From: Choristocarpus tenellus KU-1152
Lineage: Eukaryota > Protista > Phaeophyceae
Assembly: GCA_964200185.2 (NCBI GenBank)
Contig: CAXNAD020000012.1
Span: forward strand, 1 to 48,456
Direction of reading: 5' to 3'
Length of the DNA stretch: 48,456 bases
Shown here: positions 13,346 through 25,437 of the stretch, in pieces
Position numbering within the stretch: the stretch's first letter is position 1
Layout of the letters: each line of letters begins with the position of its first letter
Translations under genes and position numbers: made by a program
The notes under the pieces: generated by a model
What the model was told of the DNA's origin: nothing
Seen by the model: only the letters and a program-made list of their open reading frames with translations
Database searches by the model: none

Positions 13346-14552
13346 TCACCGCACCAGCCCCACCTAATGGCTGGGGCCAGGACCCTGATGGGTACTACTC
13401 CTTGTATTGCTTCACACACAACCAATACTATAAGCGCCCTCCATGCCCACACCAGAACAAAATATTCTCATGTGCTTGACTCCTTTAAAGTTTTGTCAAT
13501 AGAGTTGCACCTCATCTTGAGAATTGCACGCACTCAGATGAACTAGTTGTGACAGTACTGTCAGAATATAATTCTCTCATTATTTTCTTGTCCTGTGTAT
13601 CCCTTGCAACAACCATAATGGGCTACTATTGACTTCCTATGGTCAGTCACGATAGCGTACAGCAGGGTGTGATGATGTGAGTGGGTAACATGGGGGGACT
13701 GCACTGGGGAGTAAGCAGGAGGGGAAACTTTGCCTGTTAGTAGTCACTGTGTTCCAGCTGCTCTGCGAGGAAAGCAACAGTAGGGTGGGCGTGCCTGGGT
13801 TAACTGGTGAGGGTTGTGCTGGGTGTGAAAAAGGGTAATGACGGTGCTTGAGAAGGAGAAGGGATAAGGGCACAGGAGGGAGTTATGTGGTATGTGCCTG
13901 GGGAGCAGAGAAGGTTAATCACCTAAGAGGAAACGTACTTCAGTTGCACCAGGAGGAATGGTAAAGGAGGAGGCTGTGCCTGAGTAGCAGGGATGTGCGT
14001 AAGGGGGACTTGCCTGTGCAAAATTGCTTTATGAAACTAAAGATATACATGTGTAGCTGTGGGATCTCTGTGTAAGTTGTAACTTGAAAGTGGGCAACAC
14101 GGAATCCAAAATTTGTGGACACATCACAAACCAGGGCCATGCCAGAAATAACATTCTGGGTCAACATTCCCTAAAAAACGTTCACAAGCAGTTGGACTAC
14201 GCAGGTAGAAGGTAGGGCCCGGGTTAGGGTTAGAAGGGAAACAAGTAACATTTTGGGCCATCCATCCCAACAATAGTGTTCTGCGAAAACTGTTGGACTA
14301 GAGGGAGAATCTTTGGTGCTGGGCAGGGTTGATGATAGTTTCATATAACGGTATATGGCATACGGCAATAACGGTATAATAACAGACGAACATGCTTTCC
14401 ACAATGCTTCCTATTCCTGAACTCTTCCATATTCTAGTTCTTGAAGCCCAACCTTATCTTCTATTCTTCAGAATACAAACACTGTCTCTTCATCCTTAGA
14501 TTGTTTCTTCTACAGAATCTTTTACACAAGAATAAAAAGCATATTCTTAACA

Positions 14553-15956
14553 TTGACCCATCAGGGGATATATGCAACAGGTGACAAGACCCTGCTATTC
14601 ACCACTGATATTAAGTGGTGTGGGAAGATTTACACAGGACAGACCGCCCGGCATGATCCTGTTCGTCTACAGGGGCTGGTTGACCTTCACAGGCCCAAGA
14701 CAGCGGGGGAGATGATGCAGTTCTTGCAGGCTGTAAACTGGCTGAAGATACATCTGCCTCGTATGTCTGATACAGTAGAGTCCCTGCCAGTGTTGCTGGA
14801 AAGGCGTCTGGCAGGTGTAAAACGCCGGACCAAACTGGTAGCCTCCACCCTTCCCATACATGAGGAGGATTGATCCCCGGAGCAGGCAGCGGCATGGATA
14901 GCTGCACAAAAAATGGTCTCAAAGGCAGTCGAGCTCTTATATCCCAGGGAGGGGTGTGCAGTAGTGATGTTTCCAGACGCCTCTGACAACCACTGGGGGT
15001 GTTTAGTTACACATGTCCTTAAGGAGGAGCTGAATAGTGGTGTGGCAGTTGAAGATAAGAGCCATGAGCCACTGGGATTCCTGAGCGGTTCTTTCAGAGG
15101 GTCACAGCTACGCTGAGTCACGGTGGATAAGGAGGCGTTTGCCATCGTGGGAACTTATCGGCGTTTGGAGTGGCTGCTCTGGCAGGGGGCCCACATTTTT
15201 TGCGACTATCGAAATCTTGCCTATATCTTTCACCCATCCCTGTGTGTCACAGATCTGAAGCCACTGCTCAACGTCCTTTACATTGGGCAACATTCCTGGG
15301 ACAGTATGACTACACTATCCAAGCACATCACTGGAGAGCGGAACTGCTGGGGGGACTTGTTGTCTAGGTGGACTGATGTCCCTGCGGTGGCCGTGCGAGC
15401 TATAACCGTGTCTCCGGACGTGCAGGGGGTACATGAGGCACAACTAGCGGCCATCTAGGCCCTAGGGGGTGCGATGATGCATGCAAGTGGAGGAATTATG
15501 ACCTCTGCTGGCCGTGTACATCAAGACCAGGATAATATGATGCGCATGGGTGCTGAGATTACAGCCCCACTGTGGATACCTGATGAGGTCAAGGATCTGC
15601 AAACGCGCCTGATGGTGTGTGTGTGGCACATATGGGAGAAGTTGGGTATCGTAGTAGGGCAGCAACGGTACAGAGGCTGAAGGGGTTAGGTATTGCGTTT
15701 GGTCTACAATGGAGGCAGACGTGGCGGAGTTTGTACAGGATTGTTTGAACTGCATGGATTTCAAGGCTGGTGAGCGTTTACCCAGACCCTACAGGCAGAC
15801 GGTGCATGGCACCGCGGTGGGGCAGGTACATCACTTTGACTATTTACACGTGGGTGAAAGCGGGCCATTGGAGGATGATGGTCTGGACGAGAGCAAAGGT
15901 TACAAGTATATCCTGGTCATGGAGGATGACTTAAGCAGCTTCATATGGCTGGAACC
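14553..15956 (+). mobile_element. Ty3/gypsy pol fragment (end of RT, RNase H, integrase), pseudogenised, cut by the copia LTR at 15957
   Basis: WCGKIY..HDPVRLQGL..PKTAGEMMQFLQAVNWL (RT/connection); FPDASDNHWG..EPLGFLSGSFRGSQLR..DKEAFAIV..IFCDYRNL..HITGERNCWGDLLSRW (RNase H); DVAEFVQDCLNC..HFDYLHVG..YILVMEDDLSSFIWLEP (integrase). Order RT-RH-IN indicates gypsy. Confidence 0.9.
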
Positions 15957-16443
15957 TGTGCAATATAGGTTGGTAGTCTTTAGGTTCTTATGTATTTGGT
16001 AACCAGTAAATATGTTACGAAAAGATTGACTGCGTGGCTTAATGTCAATCATTTGATTCCATACGCCCAGGGTAATACGTTCGAATCTCAATGGGTTGAT
16101 TTCTTATTGCTTAATGTAAGTGGCTGATGCAGGACGACTGATGCAGTTGCGACAGACGCAGAACGACTGATATAGTACGAGTGACGCAGAACGAGTGACG
16201 TAGTACTAGTGACACAGAACGAGTGACGTAGTACTAGTGACGCAGAACAAGTGACGTAGTACTAGTGACGCAGAACGAGTGACGTAGTGCGATTGACATA
16301 GACACGTTCTGACGTGTCTGACGTGCGCAATAGATAACGAGGCAGAGCACCCCCCATCTCGAGGGATGGTGCTCACTCCGCTAATAAATTCATTCATACC
16401 ATATATAAAGCAAAAACTCCATTCGAACAGCTCTTTTTGCACA
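15957..16443 (+). mobile_element. Copia LTR copy A (5' LTR; tRNA-like cassette plus TGACG array)
   Basis: TGTGCAA...TTGCACA termini, homologous to the other copies, followed by PBS ggttatgagcc and gag ATG at 16465. Confidence 0.9.
16181..16290 (+). repeat. 28-bp tandem repeat x4 (gtgacgcagaacgagtgacgtagtacta) inside LTR A
   Basis: Directly visible. Built of 14-bp subunits, each with a TGACG core. Confidence 0.9.
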
Positions 16444-16445
16444 CA

Positions 16446-16456
16446 GGTTATGAGCC
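16446..16456 (+). promoter_or_regulatory. Primer-binding site GGTTATGAGCC (internal/half tRNA-iMet type)
   Basis: Lies just 3' of the LTR. The same motif follows the LTRs at 24215, 25438 and 29897 (minus). Complementary to the tRNA-Met anticodon arm (GGCTCATAACC), as in copia/Ty5-type priming. Confidence 0.8.
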
Positions 16457-16464
16457 TCACAGGT

Positions 16465-17318
16465 ATGGAAGCGGACCCACGTCAGCTGCCATCATGTAGT
16501 GGCGCGTGTGGGCATACAAGGGAAAAGTGGGCAGAATGGCGGATGGCGCTGGTGAGCTATGTGGGCTGGAAGGGACTGTACCACATCCACCAACCAGCAT
16601 ACCCCATCCCTGTACCTCCTACGGATGATACATCGTTTGGGGAACGCAGCACGTACAACGAGTACGTCAAGCATCGCGAGGCCTTGTGATTCTTGCTGGA
16701 CCAGGCCACACGAGGGGGGGCCGCAGCGATAGGTGGTCAGCACCCATGAAAACAACGGCAGCCCCGACGGGAGGGCAGCCTGGCTCGAGTTGGAGCAGAT
16801 CTATGGGGGGCACACTGCGGTACAGCGGCCCATGCATCTCATAGCTCTCGAGATGAAGCTGCGGGACATGTACTGCTTGTAGCTGGAGATCGCTGCCGAC
16901 TTCGTCGTTCGTCTAGATCACATCTGGACAGATTACGAGCAGCTGGAGGCGGAAAAGGAGAAGCACACCGAGAAGGGGGCTCTGATCATCGGCATCAGGG
17001 ACAGCATGCGACAGGTGTTTGCACAGCTGTCCACAGCTCCAGACCTCACCTACGACCAACTCAAAAACGCCATCATCTCCTCCTCATCATACATGACGAT
17101 GGAGGTCACGTCGGAAACGACCAGGAAATCGGGGGCTATGGTACTCCACACAGGTGCAGGGACACCGACAAGGAGACAGGGATCCGGGAGCGGCCTCGGT
17201 GCCAACAATGTGCTTTCTGTCTCAAATTCAACCACAGATGGGAAAGAATCCCACTCGTATTTGACTGGCAAACCTCCTGCTAAGCGCCGCCACGAGCTTG
17301 GGGCGGCGCGCAAATTTC
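16465..17318 (+). pseudogene. Copia gag, truncated by a nested LTR of the same family
   Basis: MEADPRQLP...EKWAEWRMALVSYVG...DGRAAWLELEQIYGG... with stops; homologous to the gag copies at 24632-25418 and 29000-29877. Confidence 0.85.
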
Positions 17319-17359
17319 TGTGCAATATAGGCTGGTGGTAGTCTGTCTATAGGTTCTTA
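17319..17359 (+). mobile_element. 5' stub of a nested copia LTR, interrupted by the Tc3-like transposon at a TA
   Basis: tgtgcaatataggctggtggtagtctgtctataggttctta matches the LTR 5' end, then TA|CAGTCC. Confidence 0.8.
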
Positions 17360-18868
17360 CAGTCCGCGCCAAAAGTGTAAGACCACCCGTAAATCATAGA
17401 AAAAGCAAGAACTAATTATAAACAGATTTCTTTTTATCCAATCAAATTCATTCTACTTCTTGCACCTCTCTGCTTGGCTGGAGATCTTCTATAACTGTCA
17501 AAGTTGGGGGGTAGGTATGAAACGTGTCGTGAAAGGTTGCGACAAAAGTACAAGACCAGATTAGAAAGATGACGATAGAGTGCTATTTAATAGGATTTCT
17601 TAGCTCCTTTTCTTTCAATTACTTAGATACGACGTTTGTTCATGGGCGCGAGCAGTTTTTCCATAGTTTCAACCTCAATGTCGTCCCAAGTTTTCTTCAC
17701 ACTCTCCATCAGCTCGAAGCGTGATTAGTACTGTTTTCCATGGTGCTGTCCAAGTCATGCCTCGAGGGTCGAAACTCACTGAGATGGAGAAAGGGATGAT
17801 TCTGGCCCTCCACAAGGTTGGAGAGAGCCATAGGAAGATCGTGGAGCTCATTGGGCGGTCGAAAACTGTGGTAACACGGTTCCTGAAGGATCCATCATCG
17901 TATGGAAGTGCACCCAAGTCAGGAAGGCCGTCCAAACTCACCTCTTCTGTCCGTCTTCCGGTTGTCAGGCATGCAAAAAACTCCAAGTTGAGTGCTAGGG
18001 AGCTCCGAAACGCTCTCAATCTTGACTGTAGCGTATGTACAGTCCAGTGCTGTCTGTATGATGATGAAATGATCGTGTGCAGTATGCAAATGCGAACCCC
18101 CGACCTGACACCTCGGCACAAGGAAGCAAGGGCTCGGTTTGCCATGGAAAATGTCTCATGGGGGCCAGGATGGGGTGATGTCGTATTTGCAGACGAAAAG
18201 AAATTCAACCTAGATGGACTGGATGGCCTCCAAATGTACTGGCAAGATCTGAGGGATGACCCTGAGGAGTTTGTGAGCGGGCAGAGAGGTGGTGGTGGTG
18301 TGATGCTATGGGCTGGGTTTTCCTCTTCGGTAAGACTGAGCTGGCAATTCTGGAGGGCAACCAAGATTCAGAGGGGTATATACGGACACTCTCGGAGTAC
18401 TTTCTGCCCTTTTCCCATCGTACTTATGGTGGGGAATGCAATTCTACAGCAGGATAATGCACCCATCCAAGTCTCTGAGGTGACAAAAGAACGTTCCAGG
18501 AGCATGATCCATCTAATGGAGTGGCCACCGAAATCCCCCGATCTCAATCCAATAGAGAATCTCTGGGAGATCATGGCTCGCAAAGTTTATGCCCATGGAA
18601 AATAGTACTCATCATGCTTCGGCTGATGGAGTGTGTGAAGAAAGCTTGGGACTACTTTGAGGTTGAAACTATGGAAAAACTGCTCTCATCCATGAACAAA
18701 AATTATGTCCAAGTAATTGAAAGAAAAGGAGCTAAAACATCCTAATTAAATAGAACTTTATCATCTTTCTCATCTGATCTTACACTTTTGTCGCAACCTT
18801 TCAAGATACGTTTCGTACCTACCCACCTTTGACGGTTATAGGAGATCACCAACCAAGCAGAGAGGAGA
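17360..18868 (+). mobile_element. Tc1/mariner superfamily, Tc3-like DNA transposon with long TIRs; right end truncated
   Basis: Starts TA|CAGT. The motif caaaagtgtaagacc/caaaagtacaagacc is repeated within the left TIR (~17370, ~17543). ~17465-17746 is the reverse complement of ~18591-18868. Confidence 0.9.
17757..18745 (+). pseudogene. Tc3-like DDE transposase (frameshifted and stopped)
   Basis: MPRGSKLTEMEKG...FLKDPSSYG...VVFADEKKFNLDGLDG...YWQDLR...GGGVMLWAGF...QQDNAPI...WPPKSPDLNPIENLW...KAW..., closely paralleling C. elegans Tc3A motifs. Internal frame disruption around 18330-18430 and a stop at 18603-18605. Confidence 0.9.
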
Positions 18869-19007
18869 CCACACAGAGGTCACTCTTCCAATTTTAACCA
18901 TGTAATCACGTTCAGGAAAGGGGGTCGTGTGAGGCTTCACACTCTCCTATCTTCACTACTGAGAAATAGCATTACCTCCCAAGGTAATTTGCACACTTGG
19001 CACCTCA

Positions 19008-20832
19008 CCAAAGTCAACAGATTTCTCCCAGGATGGGACAACGTCAGCGTATGGATAGGGCAGAGCAGATGGGGGCCAAATGCCTGACCCCACACTCTGG
19101 ACAGTGGGCATCTTCCCGGCTGGAGCAGCGCCAGAGGGTGGACTACATGTCCCAGCTATACGACCTGGAGGAAGGCGACGACATGGACATGAACTACTTC
19201 GTGTCAACCCTCATACAGGGGAACAACCACGATGTGTACTGCCTTACGGGTCTCATGGCGGAGGTGGCAACAGGTGCAGACGAGCCGTCTACAACAAAGG
19301 AGGCCTTGAGTGGGTCGGATGCAGAGCAGTGGCAGGAGGTCATGGAGAAGGAAATGGCAGGGATATGACAGAAGGGGACGTTTGGTGACGAGGTCCTGCC
19401 CCAAGGGAGGAAGACGATCAAGACTGGATTCGTTCAAAATCAAGAGTTCCGTGGACGGAACGGTTGAATGCTGTAAGGCGCGACTTGTGGCCCACGGCTT
19501 CACCCAATACGCAGGTGTGGACTTCTTCGAAACCTTCAGCCCGGTGGTGGGGTACGACACACTGCGGTGTATCATATCCGTCGCAGCATACAGAGGTTGG
19601 AGTATCGACGCCCTGGACTTCACACAGGCCTACCTCAATGCAGAACTACAGGAAAACGTCTTGTTGGATCTTCCTTACGGTCGCACCGTTAAGGCAGAAA
19701 AGGCAATCTATGGGCTGAAGCAGTCAGCCAGGGAGTGTTATCACGAGCTACGCTGCACTATTCTAGCTGAAGGGTGGACGAGCGGCCAACACGACTAGTG
19801 CCTCTACTTCAGGAAGAGTGAAGACGGACGCATCGCTATTCTCACCACCTATGTGGACGACACTGCCACCACCGGGGACTTCACGGAGGAGAACCAGGGC
19901 ATCGCTGCTGGAGAAGTAAGAGGGGCAGGACCTTGGCACGCCGGGCAAGCTGATTGGGTTGGGCATTACCGTGGGTGCGAAAGGCATGACCCTGGACCAA
20001 CAGGTATACGCGCAAAGCATCATCATGGGCGGGATGGGCTCCACGGAAGTGCGGGACACATCGACACCACTGGACCCCGGCATGGACCTCTCTGCCAGGC
20101 ATGGCAATGAGGAGGTACTAAATCCCACCCTATACTCCTACTACGCCAGCGTCCTCGGCCAACTCATGTTTCTACCAGGCATGAGACGCACCGACCTGGC
20201 CAACAGCGTTCGTGAAGTGGAGCGTAGGGCGGCCTCTCTATACATGCGACATTGGTGCGGACTGCAACATGTTCTGCGCTACTGGGTGTCTGCATTCACT
20301 ATCGTCGGGGAGCAAAGATATGAACAGAGGGGACGGAGAGGTCTTGGTGGGTATGGGGATTCCGACTGGGGCACCGACTCCCAAAGACGCAGGAGTGTGA
20401 CAAGTTACCTACTTTTGTTTAAGGTATCTCCGATAGCCTGGCGCTCCAATCTTCATCCTCTCCAGCTCGGAGGCAGAGTAGACGGTAATGGCATACTGCA
20501 TGCGCCACTGCATTTTCCTTCGAGGCATTCTGGGGGAGATCGGCCTACTACAAGACCATACTCCCTGGTTCTGTGACAACCGTGGTGCTATCCTGGCGGG
20601 CAGCATCGCAGGTTTGAACGGAAGAGCCAAGCACGTGGACATGAAGCTGAAGTGCACCAGAGAATACCTGGAACAGGGTCTGTTCCATGTAGAATAAGTT
20701 TCAACATCAAAACAACTGGCCGACATTTTGACCAAGTCATTGCGCAAGAGCCTTACTTCTGATTTTGTGCATTCCGTGCTTTCATGTCGGGAGTGAGCTT
20801 TTGTCAGCAACTTTGCTGCATGCTCATGGGAG
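19008..20832 (+). pseudogene. Copia pol 3' half (RT plus RNase H), decayed, ending in a PPT
   Basis: EPSTTKEALSG..EQWQEVMEKEM; KARLVAHGFTQYAGVDFFETFSPVV; YGLKQS; YVDD; GYGDSDWG; CDNRGAI..AKHVD; LADILTKSL; PPT gggag before the LTR at 20833. Confidence 0.92.
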
Positions 20833-20927
20833 TGTGCAATATAGGCTGGTAGTGTAAAGGTTTCTTACGTGTTTGATAAACAGTTTTATCTAACAAAAGT
20901 GTTGACTTAAAGAGCTCTTTCTGCACA
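20833..20927 (+). mobile_element. Copia 3' LTR copy G, internally deleted (95 bp)
   Basis: Begins tgtgcaatataggctggtag, follows the LTR to taacaaaagtgttgact, then jumps to the LTR 3' end agctctttctgcaca. Confidence 0.7.
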
Positions 20928-23256
20928 GTGTTGAGAAGGTGAAGTTTTGGCATGTTTTAAAAAGTGTGGTGTGAATGCTTAGATTTTTAGTTGAGTGTGA
21001 ATATTGTTGATATTTTGCTGAACCAAACAGCCACAGTGTCTGTGGTGATAGTTGGACAATCAGTTTCATTCTAGAACAAGGAGTGTTTAATATCACAATG
21101 TACGCTGACATCTTTGTGATGTTTTGTCCAGTGAAGTCTGTTATTGAGGTTTGACATGAATGTTTCATGGTAGTAAGAGATATTTCTCTCTTTGGTATGT
21201 CATGTGTTTACTACCTTTGTACGAAAGCAAGAACACAGAATTATGATGGATGTTCATATTTGTGATCTATTTGGAAGTGGGTACGCTATGCAGGAACTTC
21301 CACACAATCATGATATTCTAGTTGAGCACGCCAATGCAATTTAGTGGTTAATGAATCGTATCAATTCATTCATACACACTGAGAACTTGATACACTAAAT
21401 GGTACGGTTTGTTGAAGAACAATTATGTAGAGCGGGAATTTGTTTGACCTCAGTTGTGCAAATGTGTGCATGATACGTTTGTTTCCATTCATACCAGAAG
21501 ATTGAGAAAATGAGAAGGCAGCGGATTCTTTTATGTTTCAGATAACGCCAAAAATGAATGTACCTATTGTTTTAAGGATATATGCCAGAAATAATTTCCC
21601 TAATGCCTACACTTATGCTTCACCAATGTGTTGTCAAGGTGTACATTGTAATCACCCGTTCCTAACAAGTTGGGAATCCCTGCTCTTTCCTTCCCCTCTT
21701 TATCAACAAAGTCTTGCTATGGTGGGGATGCCCTCAAGGCATTAAATTTCCTCACGCTCTTTTTTAACCAAAGAGGGTGGCCTCACAACAGCAAGACAGG
21801 CACTGGCAACACTGTTGGGCGCCCGCAAGGGGAGCATTGATAGGGGATTGTTGATTCTGGGGAGTCCGTTGGACCTGGAAGCCCTGTTCTTACTAAAGCG
21901 GCACAATAAGTGCCTGGTAACAATTCTATCCACTGTCTCTCTTCCTGCAATTGGCTCAGTATGCGGTAGTTCACATATCGGCTGTTGTGTTCTTGACAAA
22001 TTTCTGGCTAGTACTAGTATTGCAATTGCCTTGGCACTTCTGCAGGGTCTCAGATATCGTCTGTTGACAAATTTCTGGCTAATACTGGTGTACTATAATT
22101 GCCTTGAGACATCTACACAGTTCAGAGACCAAAGTAGCGCTGGAGGGGCAAAACACAAATAAATCCATATGCAGTGACATCTCCCCCTGTATCAGTGGAG
22201 GAGGGAGTGTATTGACTTGGGCCCCGTGCTGCCACTTCGAAGGATCTTCCCGATTAATAGTCAAGTGGAGGCAAGTCTCTGTGTCACGTATCGGTCCCAT
22301 AGTCCCACTGTTACTTGGGAACTTACAAATTCCACAAATCTTATTCTTACCCTCATTCTTCTTCCCATTCCCTCACCCCACCTCCAATTTATATTGCTCT
22401 CCTCGCTGTCTGTATCAAGTGAGGGGATACTCACACACTAAATACGTTGGGGAGAGCATATGGGAAAAGGCCACAGAATTGGGACGTGAGATGCTCAAGA
22501 CCTAGTTTAAGGACATATCTACAATACCCTGAGTGGTTGGTTGCATCGGTGAACAAAATGACACAATGTCAAGTCCTACATAGGGGGCTTGGTTTTTGCA
22601 GCGGTCTCGAATTCCACCCCACAGAATTTAGTAGGCAAAAATGCACTGCACAGCTCTAAACACAAAGGGTACACTTTGACTTGTTCATGTAACATATTAG
22701 GGGAGTTCTGGTTTGACATTGTCAACCACTAGTAACAGTCTCAACAATTATCCACCATGTCTCGTCCTACCCAATAGATAGCTATAGCAATTGTTGTAAA
22801 GCTTCCATGTGCTGTGTGATGGCTGGGAAATAAGCCCTTAATATAAACTTGTGTGAGAATGTTGAACAAATCTTCCCTATCCGCAGTAGTGCTTTGTTCT
22901 TCTGTACGTGATTTCCAAGATATTATTGTGGTAGTGTATCTCGACAACACAAGGAGCCATCAATATAATAGATATAATACGCTTCGGCAAGGAACCATTG
23001 CCTCAGGTGAGCTTATGCACATTATAATCTATAAAAATCTGACAGGCAGTTACAATTATGACAACACACTCCCCAAACTCGGCTCGAACATAACTCTCTC
23101 CCCCCTCGACTAGTATGTCTACTGAAGAATTGGCACACCATTCATGACCTGACGAAAATTAATTACCTTGGAAGCATTATATATATATATATATATCACA
23201 CTAATTCCTCAAAGGGTTGGCAGGAATATATTATAGTTTGTCCATCAAAAATTTCT

Positions 23257-24214
23257 CTAGATCATGTCCAAGTCGAAGGGTCCCTCCAGGTCTGTCTGCA
23301 CGACCTCCCCCATCGTCTTGGGGCTGCCGCCGCCCCGTGCGTAACTGAGCGCTTCGGAATTGGACTCCTTGCATACCTGGCAGTGAAGCTCTGAGGCGAC
23401 TGTGGCATATGCGATGTCCAGGAGGCCACGTTTCTCCAGGTGCTTGATTGCCAATGGGTTGAGGTGACCCATGATATTGTGCCAGTCGGAGAGGGAGAGA
23501 TACTGCTGCTTATTGGCGTAGCTAGCATTGACCGTTGCCCAGCCCTTCTTCCTCTTTTGTATGTGAAACTGGGCCTGCAGCATCAGGGAGGCTCCCTTCT
23601 CCTCCAGATGGATCTTGGCTGCCCCCTTGTTGGCCTGGATGTAGCTCCTCCTGATCCCTGAGTCCACAAACTCACCTTCCTTGCATCGCACGCTGCCTGT
23701 GCTGAGAAGCCTGCATGGCAGATCTGGTACCAGAGCACATCCTGGAGCACAATCGTGGTCGACTTGCCTGCCTCGTCAGTTGCCTCTAGGACCATCTCGC
23801 CGGTTTCTCGTGCGTCGAGTGTAACTTTGTTTCTCAAGGTACAGGTGGGGGTTATTTATATCTGTTGCTGCAGTAAGGTTCTGCAATCAGGGAGTGAGTT
23901 GTACGTTTGCACCCGAGTCGCACAGTAGGCTGATGGTCTTGGACAGATGTTGAGATGAGGACAGGGCGCCGCCTCGACCATCCTGTTGTACACGTCTTCC
24001 CCAAAAGACACGTTCATGGCCAGGAACGCCCGCGATGAGGCCTGGGGATCAGCATTGCCGCAGCCTCTGCCACCGCTGCTCCGGTTCCTGGCTGGTGGAG
24101 GTGGAAACTTGTGCGCCGCCCCAATCCCCTCGGGACGAGCAGGAGAAGTGAACAAAATGACTCAATAGTGGCAGCTTACGTGGGTCCGCTTCCATACCTG
24201 TGAGGCTCATAACC
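23257..24214 (-). pseudogene. Copia internal fragment: PBS, gag start, large deletion, protease, GAG-pre-integrase, start of integrase; truncated at ~23257
   Basis: MEADPRKLP joined directly to the late-gag region; CDSGA protease motif near 23915; WHNIMGHLN..CQVCKES..VQTDLEGPF. Confidence 0.85.
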
Positions 24215-24631
24215 TGTGCAAAAGATTTGTTCGAATAGAGTTTTCTTGCGTTATGTAGTATGGATGAATTTATTAGTGGAGTGAGCACCATCCCTCGAGG
24301 TAGGTGGAGTCTCTGCCTCGTTATCTATGACACACGTCAGCAAACACGTCAGAACGTGTCTGTGTCATTCGCACTACGTCACTGGTTGTGCGTCAGTCGA
24401 AGCTGTGCCAGTGGGTCCTGCGTTAGTCGTAGCTGCGTCCGTCGTCCTGCGTCAGCTACTTATATTAAGTAGGAATAAAAAAATCAGTCCATCGAGACTA
24501 GAACCTGTTACTCTAGGCCTACTACTGAAACAAGTGATTGACACTCACTCTCCACTCAGTCAACATTTCTGTTACATAGGTCTTGGTACCGAACACATGA
24601 GAACCTATAGGCTACCAGCTCTTTTTGCACA
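24215..24631 (-). mobile_element. Copia LTR copy B (nested into the gag downstream of LTR C)
   Basis: TGTGCAA/TTGCACA termini, PBS downstream, homologous body. Confidence 0.88.
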
Positions 24632-25418
24632 CATTCTTTTCATCTGTGGTTGAATTTGAGACAGAAAGAAAGCACAATGGTTCTCACCGAGGCCGCTCCC
24701 GGACGCCTGTCTCCCTGTTGGTGTCCCTGCACATGTGTGGTGCACCGTAGCCCCCGAGCTCGTATTCGTTTCCACCGTGACCTCCATCGTCATGTATGAA
24801 GAGGAGGAGATGATGGCGCTTTTGAGTTGGTCGTAGGTGAGGTCTGGAGCTGTCTACAGCTGCATGAACACCTGTGGCATGCTGTCCCTGATGCCGATGA
24901 TCAGAGCCCCCTTCTCGGCGTGGTCCTCCTTGGCGACCTCCAGCTGCTCGTACTCTGTCCAGACGTGATCGAGACGAACGACGAAGTGGGCACCGTCCTC
25001 CACCGATGAGTAGTACATGTCCCGCAGCTTCACCTCGAGATCAATGAGCTGCATGCGCCGCTGCAGCGTAGCGCGCCCCCCATAGATCTGCTCCAACTCA
25101 AGCCAGGCTGCCCTCCCGTCGGGGCTGCCTTTGTTTTCATGGGTGCTGACCACATATCTCTGCAGCCCCCCTCGTGGCCTGGCCCAGCAGGAACCACAAG
25201 GCCTCGCGATGCTTAACGTAATCCTCGTACGCGCTGCGTTCCCCAAGCGATGTATCAGCCGTAGGAGGTGCAGGGGTGTGGTATGCTGGTTGGTGGAAGC
25301 AGTACAGTCCTTTCCAGCCCGCATAGCTCACCAGCGCCATCCGCCATTCTGCCCACGTTTCCCTTGTATGACCACGCACGCCACTCCATAGTGGCAGCTT
25401 ACGTGGGTCCGCTTCCAT
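24632..25418 (-). pseudogene. Copia gag, truncated by LTR B
   Basis: MEADPRKLPLWSG...ETWAEWRMALVSYAG...DGRAAWLELEQIYGG... with frameshifts. Confidence 0.85.
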
Positions 25419-25437
25419 AACTGTGAGGCTCGTAACC

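Noticed and set aside
14221-14238. Telomeric TTAGGG repeats
   Set aside because: Only about two units; consistent with chance.
16120-16330. CRISPR-like array
   Set aside because: Units are contiguous tandem repeats without unique spacers, lie inside an LTR, and no cas genes are present.
17675-18364. 229-aa minus-strand ORF as a separate gene
   Set aside because: Antisense shadow of the Tc3-like transposase, with no independent motif.
21742-22505. Overlapping ORFs as a gene or gypsy integrase remnant
   Set aside because: Only a faint W.ELLP resemblance; no catalytic motifs or splice structure could be assigned.
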